Positions 1 to 10,265 of a stretch of 36,759 nt of DNA are shown one piece after another. The DNA lies in the NCBI GenBank assembly GCA_965214935.1, contig CBDCCS010000024.1:1-36759 (forward strand). Reading direction: 5' to 3'. Below the pieces are notes generated by a model, which saw only the letters and a program-made list of their open reading frames with translations, ran no database searches and was not told the DNA's origin. Each line of letters starts with the position of its first letter. The stretch's first letter is position 1. The stretch is from Candidatus Velthaea sp. (GTDB lineage Bacteria; Vulcanimicrobiota; Vulcanimicrobiia; Vulcanimicrobiales; Vulcanimicrobiaceae). Made by a program: the position numbers and the translations under genes.

Positions 1-883
1 TATTGACGCCGCCGACGACGGTGTAGATGACGAAGTTGCCGCTGGTGTCGATGGTGAGCGCATCGATCGCGGTCGAGCCGTCATACAAGGCCCGCAGCGC
101 TCCGGATAGCCCGCATAACGCACCGGAGATAACGAAGGCGGCAACTTTATACCGTCGGGCGTCGAAACCCACGAAGATCGACCGCTCCTCGTTTTCGCGG
201 ATCGCCGCCAAGACTTCGCCAAACTGTGAACGCACGAGCGTTCGCACGAAGGCGAGCACGAGAAACAGGACCACCGCGCTGAAAACATACCAGCATTTAA
301 TCGCCGCCAAATCGCCGAACGGCCCCAAGTTGAGCGCGGGCAACGGTGTCGCGAGGTCGATGTGCGCGAAACCAAGGTTGAGCGGCGGCGTGGCGACGCC
401 TTGTAACCCATCGTCGCCGTGCGTGAGATCGCGCCATTGAAAAACAATGAAGTACACCATCTGCGCGAAGGCGACCGTCAGCAGCGCAAAATAAATGCCG
501 TAGAGACGGACGACGAGCGAGCCGATCGCCGCCGCGGCGACCGTTGCAATCGCCACGCCGATGACGATCGGTAACGCGAAACTATGGATGCCCGGGAAAA
601 AGCGCAACAGAGTCAGCGCCGCGCCGTAGCTACCGAGGCCGTAAAACGCAGCGTGACCGTACGAGAGTTGGCCCGCGTACCCCAGCAACACGTTGAGTCC
701 AATGGCCGCAATGCCGACAATGAGGATTTGCGTTGCCAAGCCGCCGTAACCGTTGAGGAACGGCAGCCCGAAAACGAGCGGAAAGACGGCTAATCCGAGC
801 GCCGTCCAGAGATAGAACGCGACGTCACTCGAGCGTCGCGCGTGGACTGACGCCGGTGAGCGTAGCGCCGTCGAGCCGCTCAT
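1..883 (-). CDS. livM: Branched-chain amino acid ABC transporter permease (LivM-type), truncated by left window edge
   Basis: Manual translation from ATG at 883 (ATGA overlap with livH stop): ...GLATQILIVGIAAIGLNVLLGYAGQLSYGHAAFYGLGSY..., the LivM signature. Absent from the ORF track because it has no stop in the window. Confidence 0.9.
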   Translation of the reverse strand, partial: MSGSTALRSPASVHARRSSDVAFYLWTALGLAVFPLVFGLPFLNGYGGLATQILIVGIAAIGLNVLLGYAGQLSYGHAAFYGLGSYGAALTLLRFFPGIHSFALPIVIGVAIATVAAAAIGSLVVRLYGIYFALLTVAFAQMVYFIVFQWRDLTHGDDGLQGVATPPLNLGFAHIDLATPLPALNLGPFGDLAAIKCWYVFSAVVLFLVLAFVRTLVRSQFGEVLAAIRENEERSIFVGFDARRYKVAAFVISGALCGLSGALRALYDGSTAIDALTIDTSGNFVIYTVVGGVN

Positions 884-1755
884 CCCCGGATTACCTCGCT
901 CTCGCCGAACAGGCCCTGCGGTCGAACGAGCAACACGAGCGCCATCGCGACGTAGATGATGACCTCCGCCGCGCCGGGGTAGATGAGGGTCGTCAATGCG
1001 CTCAGTTCGCCGACGATGAGGCCGCCCGCGACCGCGCCCCAGAAACTGCCGAGTCCGCCGATAACAACCACGACGAACGACGGGATTAAAAAATTAAAAC
1101 CGGTTTGCGGATCGATACTGTAGATCGGCGAAGCGGCAACGCCGACGAGACCGGCGAGCGCCGCACCCAGCGCGAAGATCAGCGTCGATGCTTGCCGGAC
1201 GTCGCCGCCGAGCAACTGCACCATGGTACGGTCGCGTACGCCGGCGCGCACGATCAAGCCGTAGTTCGTGCGACTAATGAAAAGCCAGACCAGGCCAACG
1301 ATCGCGACGATGGCCACGGCTAGGTAGATCCGGTACGCCGGATAGTGCAACCCGGCAATTGCCAGCGAGCCGTTGAGCCATTCGGGTAGCGGATACTGCT
1401 GCGTTGTTCCACCGAAGCGGAGGCGCAACGTTTCTTCGACGATGATCGCGATGCCGAACGTCAGCAAAATTTGGGCGGTCGGTTCCTTCGCATAGAAGAA
1501 CCGCAAGACGCAGCGATCGAGCACGACGGCGAAGACGGCAACGGCGAGTGGACCGGCGACAAGCGCCGCTCCAAAACCGAATTGGCCCGCGACCACCAGC
1601 CCAACGTACGCACCGATGGCGTAAAATGCACCGTGGGCGAAGTTGACCAGGCGCAACATTCCGAAGATGATCGTCAAGCCGATCGCGATTGCGACGTAGA
1701 TGAGGCCGAGAATTAGTCCATTGAGTCCGGCTTGGAGCAGACTGGCTGCAGTCAA
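880..1755 (-). CDS. livH: Branched-chain amino acid ABC transporter permease (LivH-type)
   Basis: GLTIIFGMLRLVNFAHG and VVIGGLGS...LLVRPQGLFG motifs; TTG start at 1755 with GGAGA RBS upstream. Confidence 0.92.
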   Translation of the reverse strand: MTAASLLQAGLNGLILGLIYVAIAIGLTIIFGMLRLVNFAHGAFYAIGAYVGLVVAGQFGFGAALVAGPLAVAVFAVVLDRCVLRFFYAKEPTAQILLTFGIAIIVEETLRLRFGGTTQQYPLPEWLNGSLAIAGLHYPAYRIYLAVAIVAIVGLVWLFISRTNYGLIVRAGVRDRTMVQLLGGDVRQASTLIFALGAALAGLVGVAASPIYSIDPQTGFNFLIPSFVVVVIGGLGSFWGAVAGGLIVGELSALTTLIYPGAAEVIIYVAMALVLLVRPQGLFGESEVIRG

Positions 1756-1796
1756 CGGCGTCTCCGGGAAAGACGGTGAAGGCGGGCGAGAAACGA

Positions 1797-1824
1797 ACGG
1801 GCGCCCGCAATAGCGAACGCCCGT
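1797..1824 (-). terminator. Stem-loop after the binding-protein gene (weak terminator or mRNA-stabilising hairpin)
   Basis: Minus-strand RNA ACGGGCGUUCGC-UAUU-GCGGGCGCCCGU forms 12 bp including two G.U pairs that only work on this strand, followed by UCGUUUC. Confidence 0.6.
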
Positions 1825-1843
1825 AGCGGTAGCTGCGGCCTTT

Positions 1844-3082
1844 TTAGGCCGATTCGATCTTACACTTCGAGTCGGCTTGCGGAATAGCGACCGTCTCGCC
1901 GTTGTGCTCTTCGAGAACTTTGGCGAATGCGAACACATCACCGCCGCGTTGGGCGACGGGAACTCCCTCCATCACGAGCACGTTGCTGATGCCTTGATGA
2001 TCCCACTCGCGCCAATATTCGGGTCCCTTGGTGGCGGTGAAGTGGTAGTTTTCCAGCTTCTTGATGACGGCGTCGGGATTGATCGAGCCGGCGCGTTCGA
2101 CCGCCCCTTTGTACTGATACATGTTGACGTACGCGCATTCCGCGCCGTTGGACGGCGGCGTGCCGTACTTGGCGACGAAGGCATCGACAAACTTCTTTGC
2201 CGCTGCATTTTTCGCGGCATAATATTTATAGTAAAACGGCGCGGTACACACCACGTTGTCGAAATTGTCGCCGGTGCCTTTGGCCATATACTCGTCGGCC
2301 AGCGGAACCAGAATCTTGGTCGACTTCGTTAGCCCGAATTGGGCGGCTTGATTGAGGCAGTTGACCATATCTTTGCCGAATTCGGTAATGCACAGCACGT
2401 CGGGTTTGGCCGACTGTGCTTGACTCAGGGCCGATGAGAAATCCGTCGTGCCCAACTTTAACAGCACGTTGTTGAGCGTTTTTGCGCCTTTGGGTTCGAT
2501 CACCGAGATGATGTTGTCGGTAACGCTATGACCCCATGTGTAGTCGGCCGTAATGTAGAACCACTTCCCGGTTCCGTATACCTTGGTCAGCGTGGTCGCC
2601 ATCGCCCGGGCCGACATGTGCGCGTTATTGTAGCGTCGGAAGGTGTGCTTGTGACAACCGGCGTCGGTCGTTTCATCACCGTGGGTGAGCGTCGCCATGA
2701 AGATCGTTTTCATCTGCTGGCACAGGCCCGAAACGGCCACCGCCGTCCCGGTCGACGAGCCGCCGGTGATCATGACCGCGCCGTCGCGTTCGATCATGCG
2801 CCGGGCGTTATCGACCGCGACATCGGCCTTGGTTTGATCGTCACCGACGGTGGACCGCACTTGCATGCCCATGATTCCGCCGCCTTTGTTGATCTCGTCG
2901 ATCGCCAAATTGTAGGCGCGCAACTGATCCTGGCCTTGATCGGAATACGGACCGGATTGCGGGAGATCGAGTCCAACGACGATCTCTTTGGTCGCCGCCA
3001 TGATCTGCGGCCCACCGCCGAGCGTTAGAGCGCCGGCAGCGGCGGAAGCGGCGATAAAACGGCCGCGCGATAAACGTTCCAT
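1844..3082 (-). CDS. ABC transporter substrate-binding protein (LivJ/K-like, Peripla_BP_6 type)
   Basis: Start MERLSRGRFIAASAAAG (Tat-like signal); GLDLPQSGPY, DEINKGGGIMG, ADYTWG and GTTDFSSAL motifs; upstream of livH/livM. Confidence 0.88.
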   Translation of the reverse strand: MERLSRGRFIAASAAAGALTLGGGPQIMAATKEIVVGLDLPQSGPYSDQGQDQLRAYNLAIDEINKGGGIMGMQVRSTVGDDQTKADVAVDNARRMIERDGAVMITGGSSTGTAVAVSGLCQQMKTIFMATLTHGDETTDAGCHKHTFRRYNNAHMSARAMATTLTKVYGTGKWFYITADYTWGHSVTDNIISVIEPKGAKTLNNVLLKLGTTDFSSALSQAQSAKPDVLCITEFGKDMVNCLNQAAQFGLTKSTKILVPLADEYMAKGTGDNFDNVVCTAPFYYKYYAAKNAAAKKFVDAFVAKYGTPPSNGAECAYVNMYQYKGAVERAGSINPDAVIKKLENYHFTATKGPEYWREWDHQGISNVLVMEGVPVAQRGGDVFAFAKVLEEHNGETVAIPQADSKCKIESA

Positions 3083-3253
3083 GGAAAGATGCCTCGACTT
3101 CAAGTGACCTGGCTTACTTGGCCAGGAAGCGGGTTCCGCGGCGGTCAAACATTTCCCGTCATCGGACCTCGCCCGCCGCGGGCGAACTATCCTTCGCGCA
3201 TGCTTGCGGCAAAGCAAGACCTGCCCTTCGCCGGGTTGTATACACGAGGCCCC

Positions 3254-5173
3254 ATGACAGCCACGACGATTGAGACGATTCTTGAAGCCGAGGCGAGCGG
3301 AACGGGCCAGGGGTCGATCCCGCTGCACCGACGCTGGACGATCGGCGTCGATCGGGCGGTGGGGATGGTCGTCGAGCCGATCGTCGCACTGCTCATCGTC
3401 GTCGAAATCGTCATCTTGGCCAGCGGCGTCTTTTCACGCTACGTGTTGCACAACGCGCTCACGTGGACTGATGAACTCGCAACGTTTCTCTTCCTCTGGA
3501 TGACGATGCTGGGAGCGGTGGTTGCTTACCGGCGCGACGAACACATGCGGCTCAATGCTGTTGTCCGCGCCGTATCGGCCGGCACCCGACAGACCCTGGA
3601 CATCATCGCAACCGTCGTCGTCGCGCTGTTTTGCATCGAACTCATTCCGGCGAGCCAGACATTCTACGTGCTCGAACAGATCGACATCTCGCCGTCGCTG
3701 GGCTTCCCGCGGTCGCTCGAAGTCGCCGCGATATTAATTGGTCTGTCACTCATCTTATTGTTGGCGATTGTACGGCTGGTCGATAGTGAGATGCGGCGCG
3801 TGCTGCCGGTCGTGGCGGTCGCGGTGCTCGTCGCCGGCAGTGCACTGGGTTTACACCTCATGAACCCGACGCAAGCCGTGCTCGGCGGCTTGGGGAATTT
3901 CAACCTCATCTTATTCTTCGTCATCGTTGTTGGAGCGTGCGTCGCGGTCGGTGTCCCGATCGCCTTCGCGTTCGGTTTCGGCACGATGAGCTACTTGGCG
4001 CTGGCGACGACGAGCCCGCTGAGCACGGTCGTCGGACGGATGAATGAGGGCGTATCGAATTTAGTGCTGCTCGCGATTCCGCTCTTTATTTTCCTCGGCG
4101 TTCTGATCGTCAACGCCGGAATCGCGCGCCGGCTCGTCGACGCGCTGGCAAGTCTGGTTGGCCATTATCGCGGCGGCCTCAACATCGTGCTCGTCGGCGC
4201 GATGTACTTGGTATCGGGGATATCAGGATCGAAAACGGCTGACATGGCTGCCGTCGCGCCGGTGCTCTTTCCCGAAATGGAGAAGCGCGGTCAGCAGCGC
4301 AGCGAGATGATTGCGCTATTGGCGACCTCGGGCGCGATGGCCGAGACCATCCCACCGAGTCTCGTGCTCATTATCATCGGGACGGTTGCCGGTGTGTCGA
4401 TCCGCGATCTCTTTACCGCCGGCTTGCTTCCGGCGCTCGTTGCGTCGGTCGCGTTGCTCATCGTAGCGCTGCGCCGGTCGCGTTCGGATCGCACCGAATT
4501 AGCGAAACGGCCGAGCGCGGCGTTCATCGCCAAAGCGTTTCTGGTTGCCGTGCCGGGCTTGATTCTACCGCTCGTGATTCGCTTTTTCGTCGTTTCCGGC
4601 ATCGCGACGGCAACGGAAGTCTCGACGGTGGGAATCGTCTACACACTGCTCGTCGGCCTGTTCGTATATCGCGAGTTCGACTGGAAGCGGGCCTATCCGA
4701 TGCTGCGCGAAACGGCCGGCCTAACGGGTGCGATCATGCTGATCATTGCGACGGCAACCGCGATGGGCTGGGCGTTGACGCAGTCGGGCTTCGCGCAGCA
4801 GCTGGCGGACGCCCTCGGTCACGCCGGCGGACCGGTCGGTTTCATGGCGCTGTCGATCGTCGTCTTCATCGTCTTGGGCTCGGTGCTCGAAGGCATTCCC
4901 GCAATGGTGCTGTTCGGGCCGCTGCTTTTTCCCATCGCGCAGCAGTATCATATCAATGAAGTCCATTACGCGATCGTTGCGGTGCTGGCAATGGGGATCG
5001 GCCTCTTTTCACCGCCACTGGGCATCGGTTACTACGGTGCTTGCGCGATCGGCCGCTGCTCGCCCGATCGGGCCGTTAAACCGATGATTCCGTACTTGCT
5101 TGCGTTGCTCGCGGCGCTGATCGTCATTGCGGCGGTTCCCTGGATTTCGATTGGTTTTCTAAAAGCGTCGTAA
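3254..5173 (+). CDS. TRAP transporter fused small/large permease (DctQM)
   Basis: N-terminal DctQ motif SRYVLHNALTWTDELA...GAVVAYRRDEHMR; DctM motifs LLAIPLF, SGISGSKTAD, IPPS, ATATE, SPPLG. Confidence 0.9.
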   Translation: MTATTIETILEAEASGTGQGSIPLHRRWTIGVDRAVGMVVEPIVALLIVVEIVILASGVFSRYVLHNALTWTDELATFLFLWMTMLGAVVAYRRDEHMRLNAVVRAVSAGTRQTLDIIATVVVALFCIELIPASQTFYVLEQIDISPSLGFPRSLEVAAILIGLSLILLLAIVRLVDSEMRRVLPVVAVAVLVAGSALGLHLMNPTQAVLGGLGNFNLILFFVIVVGACVAVGVPIAFAFGFGTMSYLALATTSPLSTVVGRMNEGVSNLVLLAIPLFIFLGVLIVNAGIARRLVDALASLVGHYRGGLNIVLVGAMYLVSGISGSKTADMAAVAPVLFPEMEKRGQQRSEMIALLATSGAMAETIPPSLVLIIIGTVAGVSIRDLFTAGLLPALVASVALLIVALRRSRSDRTELAKRPSAAFIAKAFLVAVPGLILPLVIRFFVVSGIATATEVSTVGIVYTLLVGLFVYREFDWKRAYPMLRETAGLTGAIMLIIATATAMGWALTQSGFAQQLADALGHAGGPVGFMALSIVVFIVLGSVLEGIPAMVLFGPLLFPIAQQYHINEVHYAIVAVLAMGIGLFSPPLGIGYYGACAIGRCSPDRAVKPMIPYLLALLAALIVIAAVPWISIGFLKAS

Positions 5174-5283
5174 GCGTTGACCGTCGCGCAAGGTGTTGTC
5201 GGCTGCACCCGGTCGGCACAGGCACGCGAGCGAAGCCGAGTCGCTCGGGTAATGCCGGCAGACGTAGAGAAGTCTCAATCGTT

Positions 5284-5742
5284 ATGTCACGTTCGTTTGC
5301 CGGGCTCATGGTATGCGCGGCCCTGCTCGCCGGTTGCTCGTCTTCGGTGCCTCGTCTCCATCGCCCGGATCGGGTTGACGCATTTTGCGGCGACCGGGTC
5401 GCCATTGCGACCGCAATTGAAAGTATCGTCGCAAGCACGAGCGACGCTCCGGAGAAGATACCGATTCCGGCGCCCGGCCGCATTCGCTCGCACGTGCAAC
5501 AGAGTGGCGGCGTTCTAGCGCACTGGGACAATCAATTACTATACCTGCCCGTTGTGGCCAAATCGATCGGCGCCCCGGGCGACTATGTTACCCTCGGCGA
5601 TGCGGCCATCGGCGACGGAACCGCCGGTAGCGACTCGCGCCGCATCTACCTGACGTTGAAAACCAGCGACGGACCACGGACGTTCGCGCTGCAGGCCTTC
5701 GACGTGCAGGACGTTTGCAACGAGGGCAAGCTCAAATCTTAA
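5284..5742 (+). CDS. Hypothetical lipoprotein
   Basis: Signal peptide with lipobox LLAGC; 152 aa; fills the gap before the convergent corA. Confidence 0.65.
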   Translation: MSRSFAGLMVCAALLAGCSSSVPRLHRPDRVDAFCGDRVAIATAIESIVASTSDAPEKIPIPAPGRIRSHVQQSGGVLAHWDNQLLYLPVVAKSIGAPGDYVTLGDAAIGDGTAGSDSRRIYLTLKTSDGPRTFALQAFDVQDVCNEGKLKS

Positions 5743-6770
5743 AACCAGCGTTTGAAGCGAAAGTAGCCCAGAAGCGCGGCGAACGCGACGATTTCACTGC
5801 CGATGCCCCAGAATACGAAGGTTTCAGCAGTGGTGATATGGTTGACCAGCCAGCCAAAGTTCTGCCCGAAAAAACCGGTAATGAAGGTGAGCGGTAGAAA
5901 GACCGTCGCGACGATCGTAAGTTGCTTGGCGACCTCGTTCTGACGGTGGGACGCCATCGCTATGTGGGTGTCGCGTGCGTTGTTGATCAGCTCGCGAACA
6001 CTGTCCATCTGGTCGACCACCCGCGCCACATGATCGTAAACGTCGCGGTAATAGGGTAACTCGTCGGCGCCGAACAGGTGCAGATCGCCCCGAATGATCG
6101 GGGCCAAAATTTCACGCATGGGAGTGACCGCGCGCCGGAACCGGCTAAGGTCTTTCTTCATCGCATAAATCTCGAGCAGGACCTGGTTCGTTCGCCGCGC
6201 GTCCCCCAAGAGTGCCGCCTCGAGCGCTTCGACGTGTTCCTCGAAGGCTTCGGAAATGGTCGTATAGTCGTCAACGACGGTATCGAGGATGGTGTACAAC
6301 AGGGCCCCGCTGTCGCGCCGAACGCCGGGCGGCAGCAACGTCCAGCGGCGTTCGATTTCGTCGAGCGGATAGACCGGTGAGGTGCGTACCGTTACGATAT
6401 ATTGAGCGCCGGCAAAAATAGCAAGCTCGTTGATGTTGAGTGACGCGCCGTCACGCGTGGCGCCGTGAACGATGACAAACCAGGATGACTCATAGGTTTC
6501 GATTTTGGGCCGTTCGTGCGCCTTGACCGCATCCTCGATGGCGAGCGGATGCAGTCCGAATTCGGCTTCCATGAGCTGCAGATCGTTTTGCTGGGGATCG
6601 CGAACATCGAGCCACACAAATGCTTCGGAATCACTGAGCAGGTTGCTGATGTCGTCGAGCCGCTCGAGTGGACGCGGCTGGGCCGTACCGTCGTAGATCA
6701 AACACCGAACGGCGGGCAGCCCGACCGTATGCTGTAGCGCTGCAACCACTTCGGGAACCGCCTCGTTCAT
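5739..6770 (-). CDS. corA: CorA-family Mg2+/Co2+ transporter
   Basis: FGLHPLAIED, ERPKIE, YYRDVYDH, LTIVATVFLPLTFITGFFGQNF (GQN variant of GMN). Confidence 0.92.
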   Translation of the reverse strand: MNEAVPEVVAALQHTVGLPAVRCLIYDGTAQPRPLERLDDISNLLSDSEAFVWLDVRDPQQNDLQLMEAEFGLHPLAIEDAVKAHERPKIETYESSWFVIVHGATRDGASLNINELAIFAGAQYIVTVRTSPVYPLDEIERRWTLLPPGVRRDSGALLYTILDTVVDDYTTISEAFEEHVEALEAALLGDARRTNQVLLEIYAMKKDLSRFRRAVTPMREILAPIIRGDLHLFGADELPYYRDVYDHVARVVDQMDSVRELINNARDTHIAMASHRQNEVAKQLTIVATVFLPLTFITGFFGQNFGWLVNHITTAETFVFWGIGSEIVAFAALLGYFRFKRWF

Positions 6771-6851
6771 GGAAAGGCATATTAGTCGCCGCCGCCCGCA
6801 AGCCGCTTGCTAGCAGGCTATGTCGCCGCCGGGTCGAGTGCGGAGCGAATG

Positions 6852-7223
6852 CTAGGAGCGCGTTACGCTGCGAACGCCGACGGGACGCCGGCTGCGCAAC
6901 TGGGGTCCGACGAACTGTTCGAGCCCGAGCGCCACGACCAGCGCGTAGCACTCAACGACGGAAAAATCGGCGGCCCGGGCGCCGAGCGAAATACTCACTG
7001 CGGATCGGATCGTCACGGAAGCGGCAATGATGGCGCACGCACCAAGCGCGAAGCGCAGCAGTCCCCGCCCCCTGCCGCGCTTGTGCTGTACCGCGTCGCG
7101 CAGATCGCTGACGAGCTTCGCCGGTGACCGCGTGCCGACGTTCCAGACGATGAGCGCGGCCGTATCGAGAACGATGGCTACGGCCAGCTGTATCGCGGTC
7201 AGTCCGACCGCTACACTCAACAC
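6852..7223 (-). CDS. Hypothetical membrane protein
   Basis: 123 aa with about three hydrophobic segments; co-directional, starting 19 bp after the sufU stop. Confidence 0.55.
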   Translation of the reverse strand: MLSVAVGLTAIQLAVAIVLDTAALIVWNVGTRSPAKLVSDLRDAVQHKRGRGRGLLRFALGACAIIAASVTIRSAVSISLGARAADFSVVECYALVVALGLEQFVGPQLRSRRPVGVRSVTRS

Positions 7224-7242
7224 GATGCGAAGCGGCGGGCAG

Positions 7243-7638
7243 TTAGCCCGTCTCGTCGGGCCAGGTCGATATCTCGCCGAGCGCTGCTGATTTTAGCACT
7301 TTGAGACCCAGCGTGGCGCATTTCATCCGGGTCGGGCTAATTCCGATGCCCACGTTTTCCAATACGCTCTCCTTTGACAGGCGCGCGACATCCTCGAGCT
7401 TTAGGCCCTTGATGGTATCGAGCAGCATCGAGGTCGACGCTTGGGAGATCGCGCAGCCTTTGCCGGAAAAGCGAACGTCATCGACGCGGCCATCGGCGCC
7501 GACCTGCAGTTCGACCCGGATCGTATCGCCGCACAGCGGATTGAGATCTTCGGCAACGGCCGTCGGCGCATCGAGGTGCCCGAAGTTTCGCGGGTTGCGG
7601 TAGTGGTCGAGAATGTATTCTTTGTAGAAATCGTCCAT
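7243..7638 (-). CDS. sufU: SufU-type Fe-S assembly sulfur-transfer/scaffold protein
   Basis: YKEYILDHYRNPRNFG, NPLCGD, GCAISQAS, PTRMKCA (three Cys); overlaps sufS stop. Confidence 0.92.
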   Translation of the reverse strand: MDDFYKEYILDHYRNPRNFGHLDAPTAVAEDLNPLCGDTIRVELQVGADGRVDDVRFSGKGCAISQASTSMLLDTIKGLKLEDVARLSKESVLENVGIGISPTRMKCATLGLKVLKSAALGEISTWPDETG

Positions 7639-8888
7639 TATGCGAGCCGGAACACGTGCGCTGCCTGTTCGAGCGCGCGCACAAACACGTCGACGTCGTC
7701 TTCGGTATTATACAGGTAGAATGAAGCGCGAGCGGTCGCCGCCAGCTCGAGTTTGTCCATGAGCGGCATCGTACAATGGTGACCGGCTCGAACGCACACG
7801 CCTTCGATGTCGAGCAGTGATGCGATATCGTGCGCGTGAATGTCGCCGAAGTTAAACGAGATGACGCCGCCGCGGTCCGTGCCGGCCGGTGGTCCGTAGA
7901 TCACTAAGCCACGCGGCACCAGGGCCTGCAGGCGTTCGAGCGCGTAGCTGGTCAAACGTACTTCGTGCGCCCGAATCCACTCCATGCCGATGCCGCTCAG
8001 ATAGTCGACTGCGGTACCGAGTGCGATCGCGTCGGCGATGTTACTCGTGCCGGCCTCAAATTTCCACGGTATCTCGTTGAAGCTGGTATGCTCGTAACCG
8101 ACTTTGCGGATCATATCGCCGCCGGTAAGGAACGGCGGCATCGCATCGAGCAACGCCCGCCGGCCATACAAGAAGCCGATTCCGGTCGGTCCGCACATTT
8201 TGTGACCCGACGCGGCGAAGAAGTCGACATCGAGCGCCTGAACGTCGATCGGCATATGAGGTACCGATTGGGCCCCGTCGACGAGCACGATGGCACCGGC
8301 GGCATGCGCGAGCGGAACGATCTGGTCGAGCGGAACGATCGTGCCCATCGTGTTGCTAATGTGCGTGAGTGCAACGAGCTTTACGCCGCTCAGTTTTTCT
8401 TCGAGATCGTCCAGGAGCAGTTCGCCGTCGGCGTCCGCGGTGATGAAGCGCAACTCGGCGCCGGTTTTGGCCGCCAGCAACTGCCACGGCACGAGGTTCG
8501 AGTGGTGCTCGAGCTCCGTTGTTAGGATCGCGTCGCCCGGTTTGAGATGCGCCAAGCCCCAGGAGAAGCTGACGAGGTTGATCGCTTCGGTCGTGTTCCG
8601 CGTCCAAATGACCTCGGCGGCCTCGCGTGCGTTGATGAACCGCGCCACCTTTTCACGCGCTGCCTCGAACGCATCGGTCGCGCGCGCTGCCAGCTCGTAG
8701 ACCCCGCGGTGGATGTTCGCGTTGTACGATGAATAGTACTCGACGAGCGCGTCGATCACGATCTGCGGCTTTTGCGAGCTCGCTGCCGAGTCTAAGAAGA
8801 CCAGACGTTTTCCGCGCGACGTGGGCTTCGCGAGAATCGGAAAATCCGCAACGATGCGGGCCGCTTTGGGATCTGCTGCCGTTAACAT
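7638..8888 (-). CDS. sufS: SufS-type cysteine desulfurase
   Basis: FLDSAASSQKP, NANIHRG, EHHSN, SGHKM (PLP lysine), RAGHHC (class II catalytic Cys). Confidence 0.96.
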   Translation of the reverse strand: MLTAADPKAARIVADFPILAKPTSRGKRLVFLDSAASSQKPQIVIDALVEYYSSYNANIHRGVYELAARATDAFEAAREKVARFINAREAAEVIWTRNTTEAINLVSFSWGLAHLKPGDAILTTELEHHSNLVPWQLLAAKTGAELRFITADADGELLLDDLEEKLSGVKLVALTHISNTMGTIVPLDQIVPLAHAAGAIVLVDGAQSVPHMPIDVQALDVDFFAASGHKMCGPTGIGFLYGRRALLDAMPPFLTGGDMIRKVGYEHTSFNEIPWKFEAGTSNIADAIALGTAVDYLSGIGMEWIRAHEVRLTSYALERLQALVPRGLVIYGPPAGTDRGGVISFNFGDIHAHDIASLLDIEGVCVRAGHHCTMPLMDKLELAATARASFYLYNTEDDVDVFVRALEQAAHVFRLA

Positions 8889-10265
8889 TTAATCGATTTC
8901 CGTTGCGGCGTCGATTTTTCCATCGAGCGCCGTCCGAATCTCATCGCGCAGCCGTTCGCCCGGGAAACGGGAAACGACCGGTTCGAAGAAGCCGAGCGCG
9001 ATCATGCGCAGTGCATCCGCGCGTCCGATGCCGCGACTACGCGCGTAGAAGAGTTGCTCCTCGTCGACCGAACCGACCGTTGCGCCGTGAAACGCTTTGA
9101 CATCGTTGGCCGCAATTTCGAGCGCCGGAACCGAGTCGATGTGCGCAGCTTTCGAGAGCAGCAGCGCATCATCGCGCAACGACGCATCGCTCCCGTGAGC
9201 TTCTTTGCGAATTGCGATGTTCCCGAAAAAACGGCCTTGGCCGCGATCGGTCGCGGCGCTGCGCACGACCGTGTTGGACGTCGTTTGGCCGACGGCGTGC
9301 TCGGTGTGTACGGTAAGATCGACATGCTGCGTTGCACCGGTAAAAAACAAAGCTGACGCTTCGCCGCGCGCGCCGGGCTCCGCCAACTCCGTCGCGATCG
9401 TGCTGTGCGCTAGGGCACCGCCCAACTCCGCGAGGTGCCAGCGCATCACCGCATCGCGACCGCAACGAGCGCCGCGCTGCATGAAGATGCGCGCCTCAAC
9501 ATCGGCTTGCTGCACCGTAACGATATCGAGCTGTGCGTTTGCGCCCACCTGGGCTTCAACGACACCGCAAATGAACGCGTCACCTTCACCGGCATGTCGC
9601 TCGATGACCGTAGCGCGCGCGCCGGCGCCCAGGACGACGACAATGTGCGGAAAAACAGCAGCCGCTTCGGCCGCGCCGTTGACAAACAATAACTGAATTG
9701 GTGCATCGACGACGACACCATCGGGAACGTAAACGAAGGCGCCGCAATTCTGAAATGCAGTTGCAAGCGCGCTGAACCTGCCGGCGTCCGGAGCGACGAC
9801 ACGATCGAGCACGGTCGCCAATAACGCGGGGTGCTCGCGCAGCGCATCAGCCAGCGACGATACCACCACCCGCGCATCCGCGGTTGTCGGACCGGGCGCG
9901 TCCAGCAGGGTTGCGCCGAGGTGCACGAGGCCGCCGGCGTTGTCGGTCGCGAGTGAAGGCCGATCGAGTTCGGGGTCGGTCGCGGCCGGTGCTCCGAACG
10001 GCATCGTCGTCACGTTTCGCCGGTTCGAGACCCAGCGCAGATCTTGAAACGGAAGCTTAGCGTAGTCGTAGCGCCAGGACCGGCCGGGATAGCCGCCCGG
10101 CATCGCCAGCTGGCCGTAAGCAGCGAAAGCCGCCCGGCGCGCCGCGGCGTCAGCGACGCTGCCGCTAGCCGTTCCGCTCTGCGCCAGTAAAGCGATGACC
10201 GCTTCGAGCGTTTCCGCCGTCGGCGCGAAAGGAACCGCCGCCAGCGGCGCGGTGATGCTAGGCAA
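8889..10265 (-). CDS. sufD: Fe-S cluster assembly protein SufD
   Basis: WRY near N-terminus; IDSVPALEIAANDVKAFHGATVGSVDEEQLFYARSRGI; lies between sufC and sufS. Confidence 0.9.
   Translation of the reverse strand: MPSITAPLAAVPFAPTAETLEAVIALLAQSGTASGSVADAAARRAAFAAYGQLAMPGGYPGRSWRYDYAKLPFQDLRWVSNRRNVTTMPFGAPAATDPELDRPSLATDNAGGLVHLGATLLDAPGPTTADARVVVSSLADALREHPALLATVLDRVVAPDAGRFSALATAFQNCGAFVYVPDGVVVDAPIQLLFVNGAAEAAAVFPHIVVVLGAGARATVIERHAGEGDAFICGVVEAQVGANAQLDIVTVQQADVEARIFMQRGARCGRDAVMRWHLAELGGALAHSTIATELAEPGARGEASALFFTGATQHVDLTVHTEHAVGQTTSNTVVRSAATDRGQGRFFGNIAIRKEAHGSDASLRDDALLLSKAAHIDSVPALEIAANDVKAFHGATVGSVDEEQLFYARSRGIGRADALRMIALGFFEPVVSRFPGERLRDEIRTALDGKIDAATEID

Noticed and set aside
3089..3253. 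Long N-terminal extensions of track ORFs (also 10858, 15247, 16193, 18057, 31255, 35038 starts)
   Set aside because: Family homology and RBS positions support the later starts used in the feature list.
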